NCBI GenBank assembly: GCA_031425655.1
Contig: JANPJS010000296.1
Location: forward strand, 1 to 14,191
Reading direction: 5' to 3'
Source: Abditibacteriaceae bacterium
Lineage (GTDB): Bacteria; Armatimonadota; Abditibacteriia; Abditibacteriales; Abditibacteriaceae
Length of the DNA: 14,191 bases
The translations under genes were made by a program, and so were the position numbers. Each line of letters opens with the position of its first letter. Position 1 is the first letter of the stretch. The notes under the pieces are model-generated. The model did not search any database. It saw nothing but the letters and a program-made list of their open reading frames with translations, and was not told the DNA's origin. Positions 1 through 6,994 of the stretch are shown here, piece after piece.

Positions 1-27
1 CTTGGCGCTCTTGGCGTCTTGGCGGTT
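1..27. repeat. Short tandem repeat (CTTGGCG x3, ending GGTT); probably one arm of an intergenic inverted repeat cut by the window edge
   Basis: cttggcg-ct-cttggcg-t-cttggcg-gtt lies just past the rplT stop. It ends in GCGGTT like the right arm at 4321-4352. Confidence 0.55.
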
Positions 28-31
28 GATA

Positions 32-397
32 TTAAGCGGCTTCGGTCAAAGCGCCTTTGGCGATTTCGGCGATTTTGGAGAACGCCGCCGCATCGTGAAT
101 GGCGACTTCACTGAGCATCTTGCGATCTACCTGAACGCCGGCTTTGAGCAGGCCGTTAACCATGCGCGAATACGACAAGCCGTTCAAGCGAGCCGCCGCG
201 TTGATGCGGACGATCCACAAACGACGCATTACGCGCTTGCGATTCTTGCGGTCGCGGTAGGCGTATTGCCCGGCGTGCATGACCGCTTCGTTCGCAGTGC
301 GAAACCAGCGATGCTTGGCGCCGTAGTAGCCTTTGGCTAAGTCACGAATTTTCTTGTGCTTAGCCGAAGCCGTCATTCCCCGTTTAACGCGGGCCAT
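32..397 (-). CDS. rplT: 50S ribosomal protein L20
   Basis: MARVKRG...AKGYYGAK...[29 protein letters not shown]...DRKMLSE signature; GAGGAG RBS; follows rpmI. Confidence 0.99.
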   Translation of the reverse strand: MARVKRGMTASAKHKKIRDLAKGYYGAKHRWFRTANEAVMHAGQYAYRDRKNRKRVMRRLWIVRINAAARLNGLSYSRMVNGLLKAGVQVDRKMLSEVAIHDAAAFSKIAEIAKGALTEAA

Positions 398-479
398 TCT
401 TACTCCTCGATTGGTGACTTAGAAGTTTGGGAACTCAGGTCAGCGTGCTGCCGAAGTCCCTAAATCACCACAAAACTAC

Positions 480-677
480 TTAAATTCCCAGCAACTGCTT
501 GATGTTTTGCGAATCGCTTTTGGCAATCGTCATCGCGCCGTTGTTGTTACGCATCTGCGTGGTGCTGCTGCGCTTGCTTTGCAAGTGGGCCAGGCCCACT
601 TTGCGACGGCGCAGTTTCCCGCTGCCGGTGACGGATACGCGCTTGGCGACCGCCTTGTGTGTTTTCATTTTGGGCAT
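480..677 (-). CDS. rpmI: 50S ribosomal protein L35
   Basis: MPKMKTHKAVAKRVSVTGSGK signature. Start placed at ATG 677 (GGAG RBS upstream) instead of the ORF-track 692. Confidence 0.97.
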   Translation of the reverse strand: MPKMKTHKAVAKRVSVTGSGKLRRRKVGLAHLQSKRSSTTQMRNNNGAMTIAKSDSQNIKQLLGI

Positions 678-698
678 CGTGCTTTTCTCCAATAAAAA

Positions 699-1550
699 TC
701 AATGACTCGGCTTGGCGTCGTCGGCGGTTTCATCCTCGGCGGCTTCGTCTTCGACATCATCGTCGTCAACGTCCTCGTCTTCGGATTCATCGCCCTCGGC
801 CACGATGTCATCATCGGTGTCGTCTTCTTCGTCATCCGGCGCATCGGCTTTGCGCTCGGCTTCGAGGCGAGCCTGCAAGGCCTCGAATTCCAGCTCCTCT
901 GCGTCCGGCTCTTCGACTTCGGGTTCGCCGGGTGCCGGAACCGCTTGGCCTTTGGCTTTCCACGATTCCTTAATCACTTTAGGCAACGGTTTCACGCCGG
1001 GCTTGACCGTTAAATTCATGGTCATGTCGCGGCCCTGCTTGGTGATGTAGCCTTCGATAGTCGAGATTTCGGCCAGAGCTTCGGCGACTTTTTCCAGTTG
1101 CTTGCGCCCGATTTCGGGATAAGCGTTTTCGCGGCCCTTGAACTGGCAAACCGCGCGCACTTTGTGGCCTTCGCGCAAGAACTTCTCCGAGTGGCGAATC
1201 ACGACGTTGCGGTCGTGCTCGCTGGTCTGCGGATGCAGGCGCACCATTTTGAGTTCGGTGGCGGCGCCTTTCTTGTGCGCTTGCTTTTCGCGCTTGCTTT
1301 TCTCATATTTGTATTTGCCGTAATCCATGATGCGGCAAACCGGCGGCTGCGCCTGGGGCGCGACGAGGATCAAATCCAAATCGCGGTCGCGTGCGATGTC
1401 AATCGCCTCGCGCGTCGGCAAAACGCCAAGCTGCGCGTTTTGGTCGTCAATGACGCGCACTTGCGGATAACGAATGCGGTCGTTGATGAGCGTTTGATCT
1501 CGCTGATAATGTCGTTGCTGTGGCCTTGAGCCACGCGGACGCCTTCCTAT
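699..1550 (-). CDS. infC: Translation initiation factor IF-3, with non-canonical AUA start and long acidic C-terminal tail (~283 aa)
   Basis: INDRIR..QVRVID...DLDLILVAPQAQPPVCRIMDYGKYKYE...FLREGHKV...FKGRE motifs. The frame stays open upstream of 1460 to ATA at 1550, which is 7 nt after GAGGTG (1558-1563) and just after an in-frame TGA. Confidence 0.96.
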   Translation of the reverse strand: MGRRPRGSRPQQRHYQRDQTLINDRIRYPQVRVIDDQNAQLGVLPTREAIDIARDRDLDLILVAPQAQPPVCRIMDYGKYKYEKSKREKQAHKKGAATELKMVRLHPQTSEHDRNVVIRHSEKFLREGHKVRAVCQFKGRENAYPEIGRKQLEKVAEALAEISTIEGYITKQGRDMTMNLTVKPGVKPLPKVIKESWKAKGQAVPAPGEPEVEEPDAEELEFEALQARLEAERKADAPDDEEDDTDDDIVAEGDESEDEDVDDDDVEDEAAEDETADDAKPSH

Positions 1551-1606
1551 ACCAAATCACCTCTGTGCTCTGACCGATTTTGAATACCAGCCAGCAAACC
1601 TATGCA

Positions 1607-1635
1607 ATTATGCCAAAAACCACGACAAGTTCCAA
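1607..1635 (-). promoter_or_regulatory. Putative sigma70 promoter for infC-rpmI-rplT
   Basis: TTGGAA-17 nt-CATAAT with TG extension on the - strand, about 55 nt upstream of the infC start. Confidence 0.5.
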
Positions 1636-1679
1636 CCTTAGTGGCTGTTAAAGAATAAATCCCCGATTTTCGGAGTTTG

Positions 1680-1804
1680 AATGGAACACGGGCTTCGCAC
1701 ACGGAAACAACACAGAAGGCACTGATCAATCCAAAAAATCCGTGTCAATCCGTGTCGTTTCGGGCGCCCTCTGGGCAGGATCGGCGAAGCCGCCGTGTTC
1801 CATT
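1680..1804. repeat. Palindromic intergenic element (REP/MITE-like), family A copy 1
   Basis: Termini aatggaacacgg / ccgtgttccatt are perfect inverted repeats, with inner gcttcgc/gcgaagc and gaaacaacacaga / tccgtgtcgtttc arms. Homologous to 9886-9994. Confidence 0.85.
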
Positions 1805-1822
1805 GAAACTTCCAACCTCAAT

Positions 1823-3751
1823 TCAAGCCGAAGAACCGGATTTCTCTTCTTCGACGAGTTTCGCGATAAGTTCGGTGCGGGACATTGAGCCTAAATCTTG
1901 ACGCCCGCGCCCGCGCAGCGAAACCGCGCCGTTTTCCACCTCGCGGTCGCCGATGACGGCCATGTAAGGAATCTTCTGCGCTTCGGCGATGGCGACTTTG
2001 GCGCCGACTTTCTCGTTGTCGAAATTCATCTCGACGCGAAAACCTGATTCCGTAAGCTGCGCCGCGACTTGGCGCGCATAATCCTGATGGCGGTCGGCAA
2101 TCGGCAGAAGCATCACTTGAACCGGCGCCAGCCAAAGCGGAAATGCGCCCGCAAAATGTTCGATCAGCACGCCCATAAAGCGTTCGATGCTGCCAAACGG
2201 CGCGCGGTGAATCATCACGGGGCGGTGCGCTTTGCCGTCGGCGCCGATGTATTCCAAGCCGAAGCGTTCGGGCAAAACGTAATCAACTTGGACCGTGCCA
2301 AGCTGCCACTGCCGGCCAATGGCGTCGTTGACGATGAAATCGAGTTTCGGGCCGTAAATCGCGGCTTCGCCTTCGGCCACGAAGTGCTCCATTCCTAATT
2401 CCTGCACGGCGCCGAGCAAGGCGCTTTGTGCGGCTTCCCACGCTTCATCGCTGCCGATGTATTTTTCGCCGTTGTTCGGATCGCGCAGGCTAACGCGGGC
2501 GGTATAATTCAAATTCAAGCGGCGCAAAACTGCGAGAACCAAATCCACATTGGCTTTGAATTCATCGGCGAGTTGGTCGGGCGCCACGAAAAGATGCGCG
2601 TCGTCCTGTGTGAAGCCGCGCACGCGCGTTAATCCGCCGACTTCGCCGCTTTGCTCCCAGCGATAAACGGTGCCGAATTCGGCCAGTCGCAGCGGCAAAT
2701 CACGATACGAACGCTGCTGGCTCTTGTAAATCTGAATGTGAAACGGGCAGTTGACCGGCTTGAGCACGAATTCTTCGCCGCTGTCGCTGGTCATGGTCGG
2801 GAACATGGATTCCTTATAAGCCTCCATGTGCCCAGAAATTTTAAACAATTCGGTGCGCGCGATGTGCGGCGTGTAAACCGGCTGATAACCGCGCTTGACC
2901 AATTCTCCGCGAATATAATCTTCTAAAACGCGGCGAATCGTGGCGCCTTTGGGCAGCCAGAGCGGGAGGCCGGCGCCGACTTCGGGCGAAAGCATGAACA
3001 AACCCAGTTCGCGCCCCAGTTTGCGGTGGTCGCGCGCTTTGGCTTGTTCGAGGCGCTCCATGTGCTCGTCAAGTTCTTTTTGCGACGGATAACTGGTGCC
3101 GTAAAGCCGCTGCAACTGCTTGTTATTGGCATCGCCGCGCCAGAAAGCGCCGGACGCGGCCAGTATTTTCACGGATTTAATCAGCCCGGTTGAAGGCAAA
3201 TGCGGCCCGCGACAAAGGTCAACCCAATCGCCCTGCCGGTAAAGCGTGATTTTCTCGTCGGCGGGAATGTCTTCGAGCAACTCGACTTTGTAATCTTCGC
3301 CCAAACCGGCGAAAAGCTGGCGCGCTTCGGCGCGCGAGACTTCTTCGCGCAGAATCGGTAAATCGGCTTTAGCCAATTCGCGCATTTTGTCTTCGATGGC
3401 CGCAAAATCGGCTTCGCCAATCGGCGCCATGTCAATATCGTAGTAGTAGCGATCCTCAAGCGGCGGGCCGACCGTTAATTTCGCGTTCGGATAGAGCGCT
3501 TTAACCGCCATCGCCATCAAGTGCGTGCTGGAATGGCGATAAATTTCGCGCCCTTCGGCATCGTTCCAAGTCAGCAGGCGAAGCCCGCAGTCGCCGGGCA
3601 AAGGCCGCGTCAAATCCCACGGCTGACCGTCCACGATTGCGCCCAGCGCAGCCTGCGCCAAACGCCGACCGATGCTTTCGGCCACTTGTTTAGGCGAAAC
3701 ACCGTCTTCAAATTCTCGAACACTTCCGTCAGGAAAACTCACGCGCATCAT
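1823..3751 (-). CDS. thrS: Threonine--tRNA ligase
   Basis: TGS N-terminus, editing motifs RHSSTH and DLCRGPH, RDHRKLG, KPVNCPFH, GLTRVRGFTQDDAH, YGPKLD, MIHRAPFGSIERF, anticodon-binding domain; upstream of infC. Confidence 0.99.
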   Translation of the reverse strand: MMRVSFPDGSVREFEDGVSPKQVAESIGRRLAQAALGAIVDGQPWDLTRPLPGDCGLRLLTWNDAEGREIYRHSSTHLMAMAVKALYPNAKLTVGPPLEDRYYYDIDMAPIGEADFAAIEDKMRELAKADLPILREEVSRAEARQLFAGLGEDYKVELLEDIPADEKITLYRQGDWVDLCRGPHLPSTGLIKSVKILAASGAFWRGDANNKQLQRLYGTSYPSQKELDEHMERLEQAKARDHRKLGRELGLFMLSPEVGAGLPLWLPKGATIRRVLEDYIRGELVKRGYQPVYTPHIARTELFKISGHMEAYKESMFPTMTSDSGEEFVLKPVNCPFHIQIYKSQQRSYRDLPLRLAEFGTVYRWEQSGEVGGLTRVRGFTQDDAHLFVAPDQLADEFKANVDLVLAVLRRLNLNYTARVSLRDPNNGEKYIGSDEAWEAAQSALLGAVQELGMEHFVAEGEAAIYGPKLDFIVNDAIGRQWQLGTVQVDYVLPERFGLEYIGADGKAHRPVMIHRAPFGSIERFMGVLIEHFAGAFPLWLAPVQVMLLPIADRHQDYARQVAAQLTESGFRVEMNFDNEKVGAKVAIAEAQKIPYMAVIGDREVENGAVSLRGRGRQDLGSMSRTELIAKLVEEEKSGSSA

Positions 3752-3776
3752 AAAATTGCCTCAAAACAGCCTTTCA

Positions 3777-3806
3777 ATTATGACAGCATCGCGCGCGGCG
3801 GGGCAA
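3777..3806 (-). promoter_or_regulatory. Putative thrS promoter
   Basis: TTGCCC-18 nt-CATAAT with TG extension on the - strand, 25 nt upstream of the ATG. Confidence 0.4.
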
Positions 3807-3936
3807 GCCGAACCGTTCCTCAAACAAAATGCGGCCTCATTGATCTCTGCGGTAAAAACAAGGCCGATTTCGCGCGTCGTGTCAAGTCTGGAAAGCGGCT
3901 CGTGGCCGTGTCACACTGAGCGCCTAATGAACCCAA

Positions 3937-4362
3937 AAGAGAAATTAACCGCCGATGCACGCCGATAAACACAGATGATATAGAGATAAGAATTCGGTCG
4001 GTTTCAGAAATGATGCCGGCGGTTTTTTCATCAAAAGCAAAAGGGCGATTTTCTTTTGTCCTATCTTGGGTCTTAGAGTCTGTGCTCGAATAAAGTTATT
4101 TGGGTAAAAACGGCCCAACGGCAAAAAATTGAGTGGCAAAAAATAAGGGCATCCATGGCATGTCGGATGAGAAATCCCACTTTCTCACCATTTTTTGCCA
4201 CTCAATTTTTTGCCACTCAATGGCAACGGACTGAATAACTCTTTTTGAGCACAGACTTTTAGCAGATTTGATTTTGGCAACATTCAAACCCGGCATCATT
4301 TCTGAAGCACGACCAGGAATTCATCTGCGTTTATCAGCGTGCATCCGCGGTTAAATTCTCTT
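3937..4362. repeat. Composite of four nested inverted-repeat pairs
   Basis: Pairs are 3937-3978/4321-4362 (38/42), 3996-4025/4286-4314 (17-bp perfect core), 4077-4100/4234-4257 (21/24) and 4120-4144/4190-4214 (25/25). Confidence 0.92.
4076..4258. mobile_element. Putative MITE (IS5-like ends), 183 bp, nested in the composite repeat
   Basis: Terminal inverted repeats gagtctgtgctc... / ...gagcacagactt are flanked on both sides by TTA (4073-4075, 4259-4261). No credible ORF inside. Confidence 0.55.
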
Positions 4363-4372
4363 CATCGCAGCC

Positions 4373-6130
4373 ATGTTTCGTAAGCATCAAGATCAGTTCG
4401 GCCAAATTTGCGCGGCGATTCGCAGCGGCGAAAAGCGCCATATTAAGCGCATCGTCTGCGCGACCACGCCGGGCGGCGGCAAAAGCCTACTGCCGCTGAT
4501 TGCCGCGAATGAATTGATTCCCGCCATCGCCGAGCGCCTTTGCTGGGTTGTGCCGCGCCGTGCGCTGCAATTGCAGGCCGAACAAGAGTTCGTCCAAGCA
4601 CGAGGCCGCCAACTTCTCGGACACCAGCACGTCATTCGCCGCGCCGTCAACGAACTTGATCCGGCGCGCGGACTTTCCGGTTTCGCCACCACTTATCAAG
4701 CTATCGGGCTGGGAAACGCGCATTTAGTCGAAGAATTCAAGCGTTATCGCTACATTTTGGTGCTGGACGAGCCGCATCACGTCGAAGAAGGCGGGCTGTG
4801 GTCTACGACGCTCGAACCTTTGGTCAACCGCGCCGCGCTGACGGTTTTTATGAGCGGCACGCTGGAACGTGGCAATCGCAAGCGCATCGCGTTTTTGCCT
4901 TATTTGGCCACCAAAGATGGCGAAGTCGTGGATTTATACGGCGACCCGCAAACCGCCGGCATCAATTATTCGCGGCGCGATGCCCTTGTCGAAAAAGCCA
5001 TTTTGCCGATTCATTTCGAGCTGATGGACGGCACGAGTGAATGGATCGGGACCGACGGTGAAACTTACAGCATTCGCTTGTCCGAAGCCAACAAAAACAC
5101 CGCCGAAGCGGTTTATACGGCCCTCAAAACGCAGTTCGCCGAGCAACTTCTCGACGAATGCTCCGCGCATTGGGTGAGTTACAAAAAATCGCATCCGCGC
5201 TCGAAATTGTTGGTCGTGACGGCCAACATCGAAGACGCCCAAAAATACGTGGATTATCTGCTGTCGCAAGGCATCTCCGCCGCGATTGCCACCAGCGAAG
5301 ATTCCTCTAAAGCCGCCGCCAACATCGAACGCTACAAAGAGTGCGGCACGGCGAAAGCGATGGACGCTTTAGTCACGGTGGCGATGGCTTACGAAGGTTT
5401 GGATGTGCCGCCGATCACGCACATCGCGTGCTTGACGCACATTCGCAGCAAGCCATGGATCGAGCAAATGCTGGCTCGCGCCACGCGCTTCGACGCGGCT
5501 GCCGGCCCGTGGGAAAGCCAGATGGCCTACGTTTACGTGCCCGACGACCGCAATATGGTCGGGATTATTCAAGCGATGGAAAACGATCAGCGTGTCGCCG
5601 TGCGCGGCATGGTTTTCGACGCCGACGAAACGCCGCCCAACATCGGCGAAGCCAGCGAACGCTCAACTATCACGCCAGTCGGCAGCCAGGCCGAGCAAAG
5701 CCGCTGGAGCCAAATGGGCAATCTTTTCGCGTGGGCCGGCGAAGAATGGGCAATGGGCGAAGAAAAGCCCTTTTCGCCCGCCGCGTCCGCGCAACTGACT
5801 TTGCCCAGCACCGCACAGCCGCATTTGCCCAACCTCACGCCGAGCCAAATGGAAGCCGATCTGCGCCGCAAAATTGACGACTACTGCAAAGACCTCGACC
5901 GCTATCAATTCGGCGGCAAGTGGGGCGCAGCCAACGCCGCCATCACGCGCCAATTTTCCACGCCACGCTCGCAAATGGCGCTTTCGCAACTCAGCAAAGT
6001 CGTGCAGTGGCTCGAAGAAACTTACAACCTCGGTCGCCCCGTCGCACCGCCCCCACGCCGCGCCGCTTCGCCAAAACCAGCGCAGCAGAGCCACGTTTTG
6101 GTATTTCCCACGCGCAGCAAGGCGGATTAG
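4373..6130 (+). CDS. Superfamily 2 DEAD/DEAH-box (ResIII-like) helicase
   Basis: Q-like FRKHQ, Walker A TPGGGKS, Ia WVVPRRAL, Ib TTYQ, Walker B LDEPHH, III SGT, V MAYEGLDVP, VI EQMLARATR, plus a low-complexity linker and a small helical C-terminal domain. Confidence 0.92.
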   Translation: MFRKHQDQFGQICAAIRSGEKRHIKRIVCATTPGGGKSLLPLIAANELIPAIAERLCWVVPRRALQLQAEQEFVQARGRQLLGHQHVIRRAVNELDPARGLSGFATTYQAIGLGNAHLVEEFKRYRYILVLDEPHHVEEGGLWSTTLEPLVNRAALTVFMSGTLERGNRKRIAFLPYLATKDGEVVDLYGDPQTAGINYSRRDALVEKAILPIHFELMDGTSEWIGTDGETYSIRLSEANKNTAEAVYTALKTQFAEQLLDECSAHWVSYKKSHPRSKLLVVTANIEDAQKYVDYLLSQGISAAIATSEDSSKAAANIERYKECGTAKAMDALVTVAMAYEGLDVPPITHIACLTHIRSKPWIEQMLARATRFDAAAGPWESQMAYVYVPDDRNMVGIIQAMENDQRVAVRGMVFDADETPPNIGEASERSTITPVGSQAEQSRWSQMGNLFAWAGEEWAMGEEKPFSPAASAQLTLPSTAQPHLPNLTPSQMEADLRRKIDDYCKDLDRYQFGGKWGAANAAITRQFSTPRSQMALSQLSKVVQWLEETYNLGRPVAPPPRRAASPKPAQQSHVLVFPTRSKAD

Positions 6131-6666
6131 CGCGCGGTAGTAAGTTGTGATTTGCGCGGACGGCCACCTTTCGCGCCGTTGGCGCGACTGGCGGCGGTTT
6201 TGGCCTCGCTCTTGACACTGCCGGCACGCCGCGCAATTTCGCGCACCGTTGGGCCGCCGCGCAGGCGACTTAATAACTCCTGGCGCTCTATCGAGGCCGA
6301 ATCCAACGCGCCGGATTCGATTAAATGGCGCATCCACTTGAGTGTTCCAAAGCTGCCCGCCGCCAAGTCTTGCACCAATAAATCCGCGTCCAATTCTTCC
6401 CAATGCAAACCCATACCGCTGCACAAAATTTCTACCTTTTCTATCAATTCGGGCGGCGCTCCAGCCACTCCCTGTAGCAAACGCACCGGAACAAGTAGCA
6501 CGGCGCCGCCGCGCAAGCCCAACACAAGATGGCCGCTGCTCGCTTCGTAATGCGCCGATACCGCACGCACTTCGCTGACTTCCGCTTCCATGCCGCGCCA
6601 TTCGGCGGCCGCCAAGTCGTCATCGGTGGCAGGCGTGAAAGCCGCAGGATTACCGTTATTCGCCAT
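6127..6666 (-). CDS. DUF2442-like protein (putative antitoxin-type partner)
   Basis: L.L.LRGG....VP...LQG...A..E...VEI...G.GLHWEELDADL.V..L pattern and C-terminal KSEAKTAASRANGAKGGRPRK tail. Start placed at ATG 6666 (GGAG RBS); the GTG at 6675 is an alternative. Confidence 0.85.
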   Translation of the reverse strand: MANNGNPAAFTPATDDDLAAAEWRGMEAEVSEVRAVSAHYEASSGHLVLGLRGGAVLLVPVRLLQGVAGAPPELIEKVEILCSGMGLHWEELDADLLVQDLAAGSFGTLKWMRHLIESGALDSASIERQELLSRLRGGPTVREIARRAGSVKSEAKTAASRANGAKGGRPRKSQLTTAR

Positions 6667-6913
6667 GAATTTCACTCCACTGTTCGAGCAAGAGCGTCAA
6701 ATTTTCCGTCACAATTTGCAAAGCGCGACGCTGCGTCTGCCGGTTTAAGCCGTGTGCCTCGCGCACCCATAAAACGCCCGGCTCCCGTCCCTTTTCACCA
6801 TTGAGATAGACCACAAAAACGCCATCACCCTGTTTAATATGAACATGGGGCGGGAAGTGATCACGCGTGTAAATCAAGACCTGAAAACCGGCGATACGAA
6901 GCACAGTCGGCAT
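6656..6913 (-). CDS. DUF4160-like protein (putative toxin-type partner)
   Basis: MPTVLRIAGF...IYTRDHFPPHVH...L..W.EIHG pattern; 85 aa; overlaps the start of the DUF2442-like gene. Confidence 0.88.
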   Translation of the reverse strand: MPTVLRIAGFQVLIYTRDHFPPHVHIKQGDGVFVVYLNGEKGREPGVLWVREAHGLNRQTQRRALQIVTENLTLLLEQWSEIHGE

Positions 6914-6923
6914 GACAAATCAC

Positions 6924-6952
6924 ATTAAACCAAATCGGTTAGGTTTTTGCAA
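6924..6952 (-). promoter_or_regulatory. Putative sigma70 promoter of the DUF4160-DUF2442 pair with an operator-like palindrome
   Basis: TTGCAA-17 nt-TTTAAT (TG extended) ends 10 nt before the ATG. An AACC-N5-GGTT palindrome (6928-6940) lies in the spacer. Confidence 0.6.
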
Positions 6953-6990
6953 AATAAAAGCGTCTTCAATTTTGAAGGCGCTTTTACTTT
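6951..6990. terminator. Intrinsic terminator, probably bidirectional, downstream of lpxD
   Basis: taaaagcgtcttca-attt-tgaaggcgctttta hairpin with A and T runs on both sides. Confidence 0.75.
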
Positions 6991-6994
6991 ATCT

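Noticed and set aside
3904..3920. ggccgtgtcacactgag resembling an IS5-family end
   Set aside because: No partner inverted repeat found in the window, and it is too short to support alone.
3752..3936. T-box or tRNA-like operator upstream of thrS
   Set aside because: No T-box consensus seen, and the candidate promoter leaves only a short leader.
3945..4299. Short ORFs 3945-4139 and 4096-4299 (IEWQKIEWQK)
   Set aside because: They are read-throughs of the repeat nest. The peptide repeat merely reflects the 15-bp unit, and there are no transposase motifs.
3937..4362. Possible CRISPR array or attC cassette array
   Set aside because: Repeats are inverted and concentric, not direct with regular spacers. 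No cas or integrase gene is in the window.
5663..6601. 312-aa alternative-frame ORF and the many other overlapping ORFs in the track
   Set aside because: Shadow ORFs of GC-rich genes with Arg/Ala-rich composition and no recognisable motifs; they overlap well-supported CDSs.
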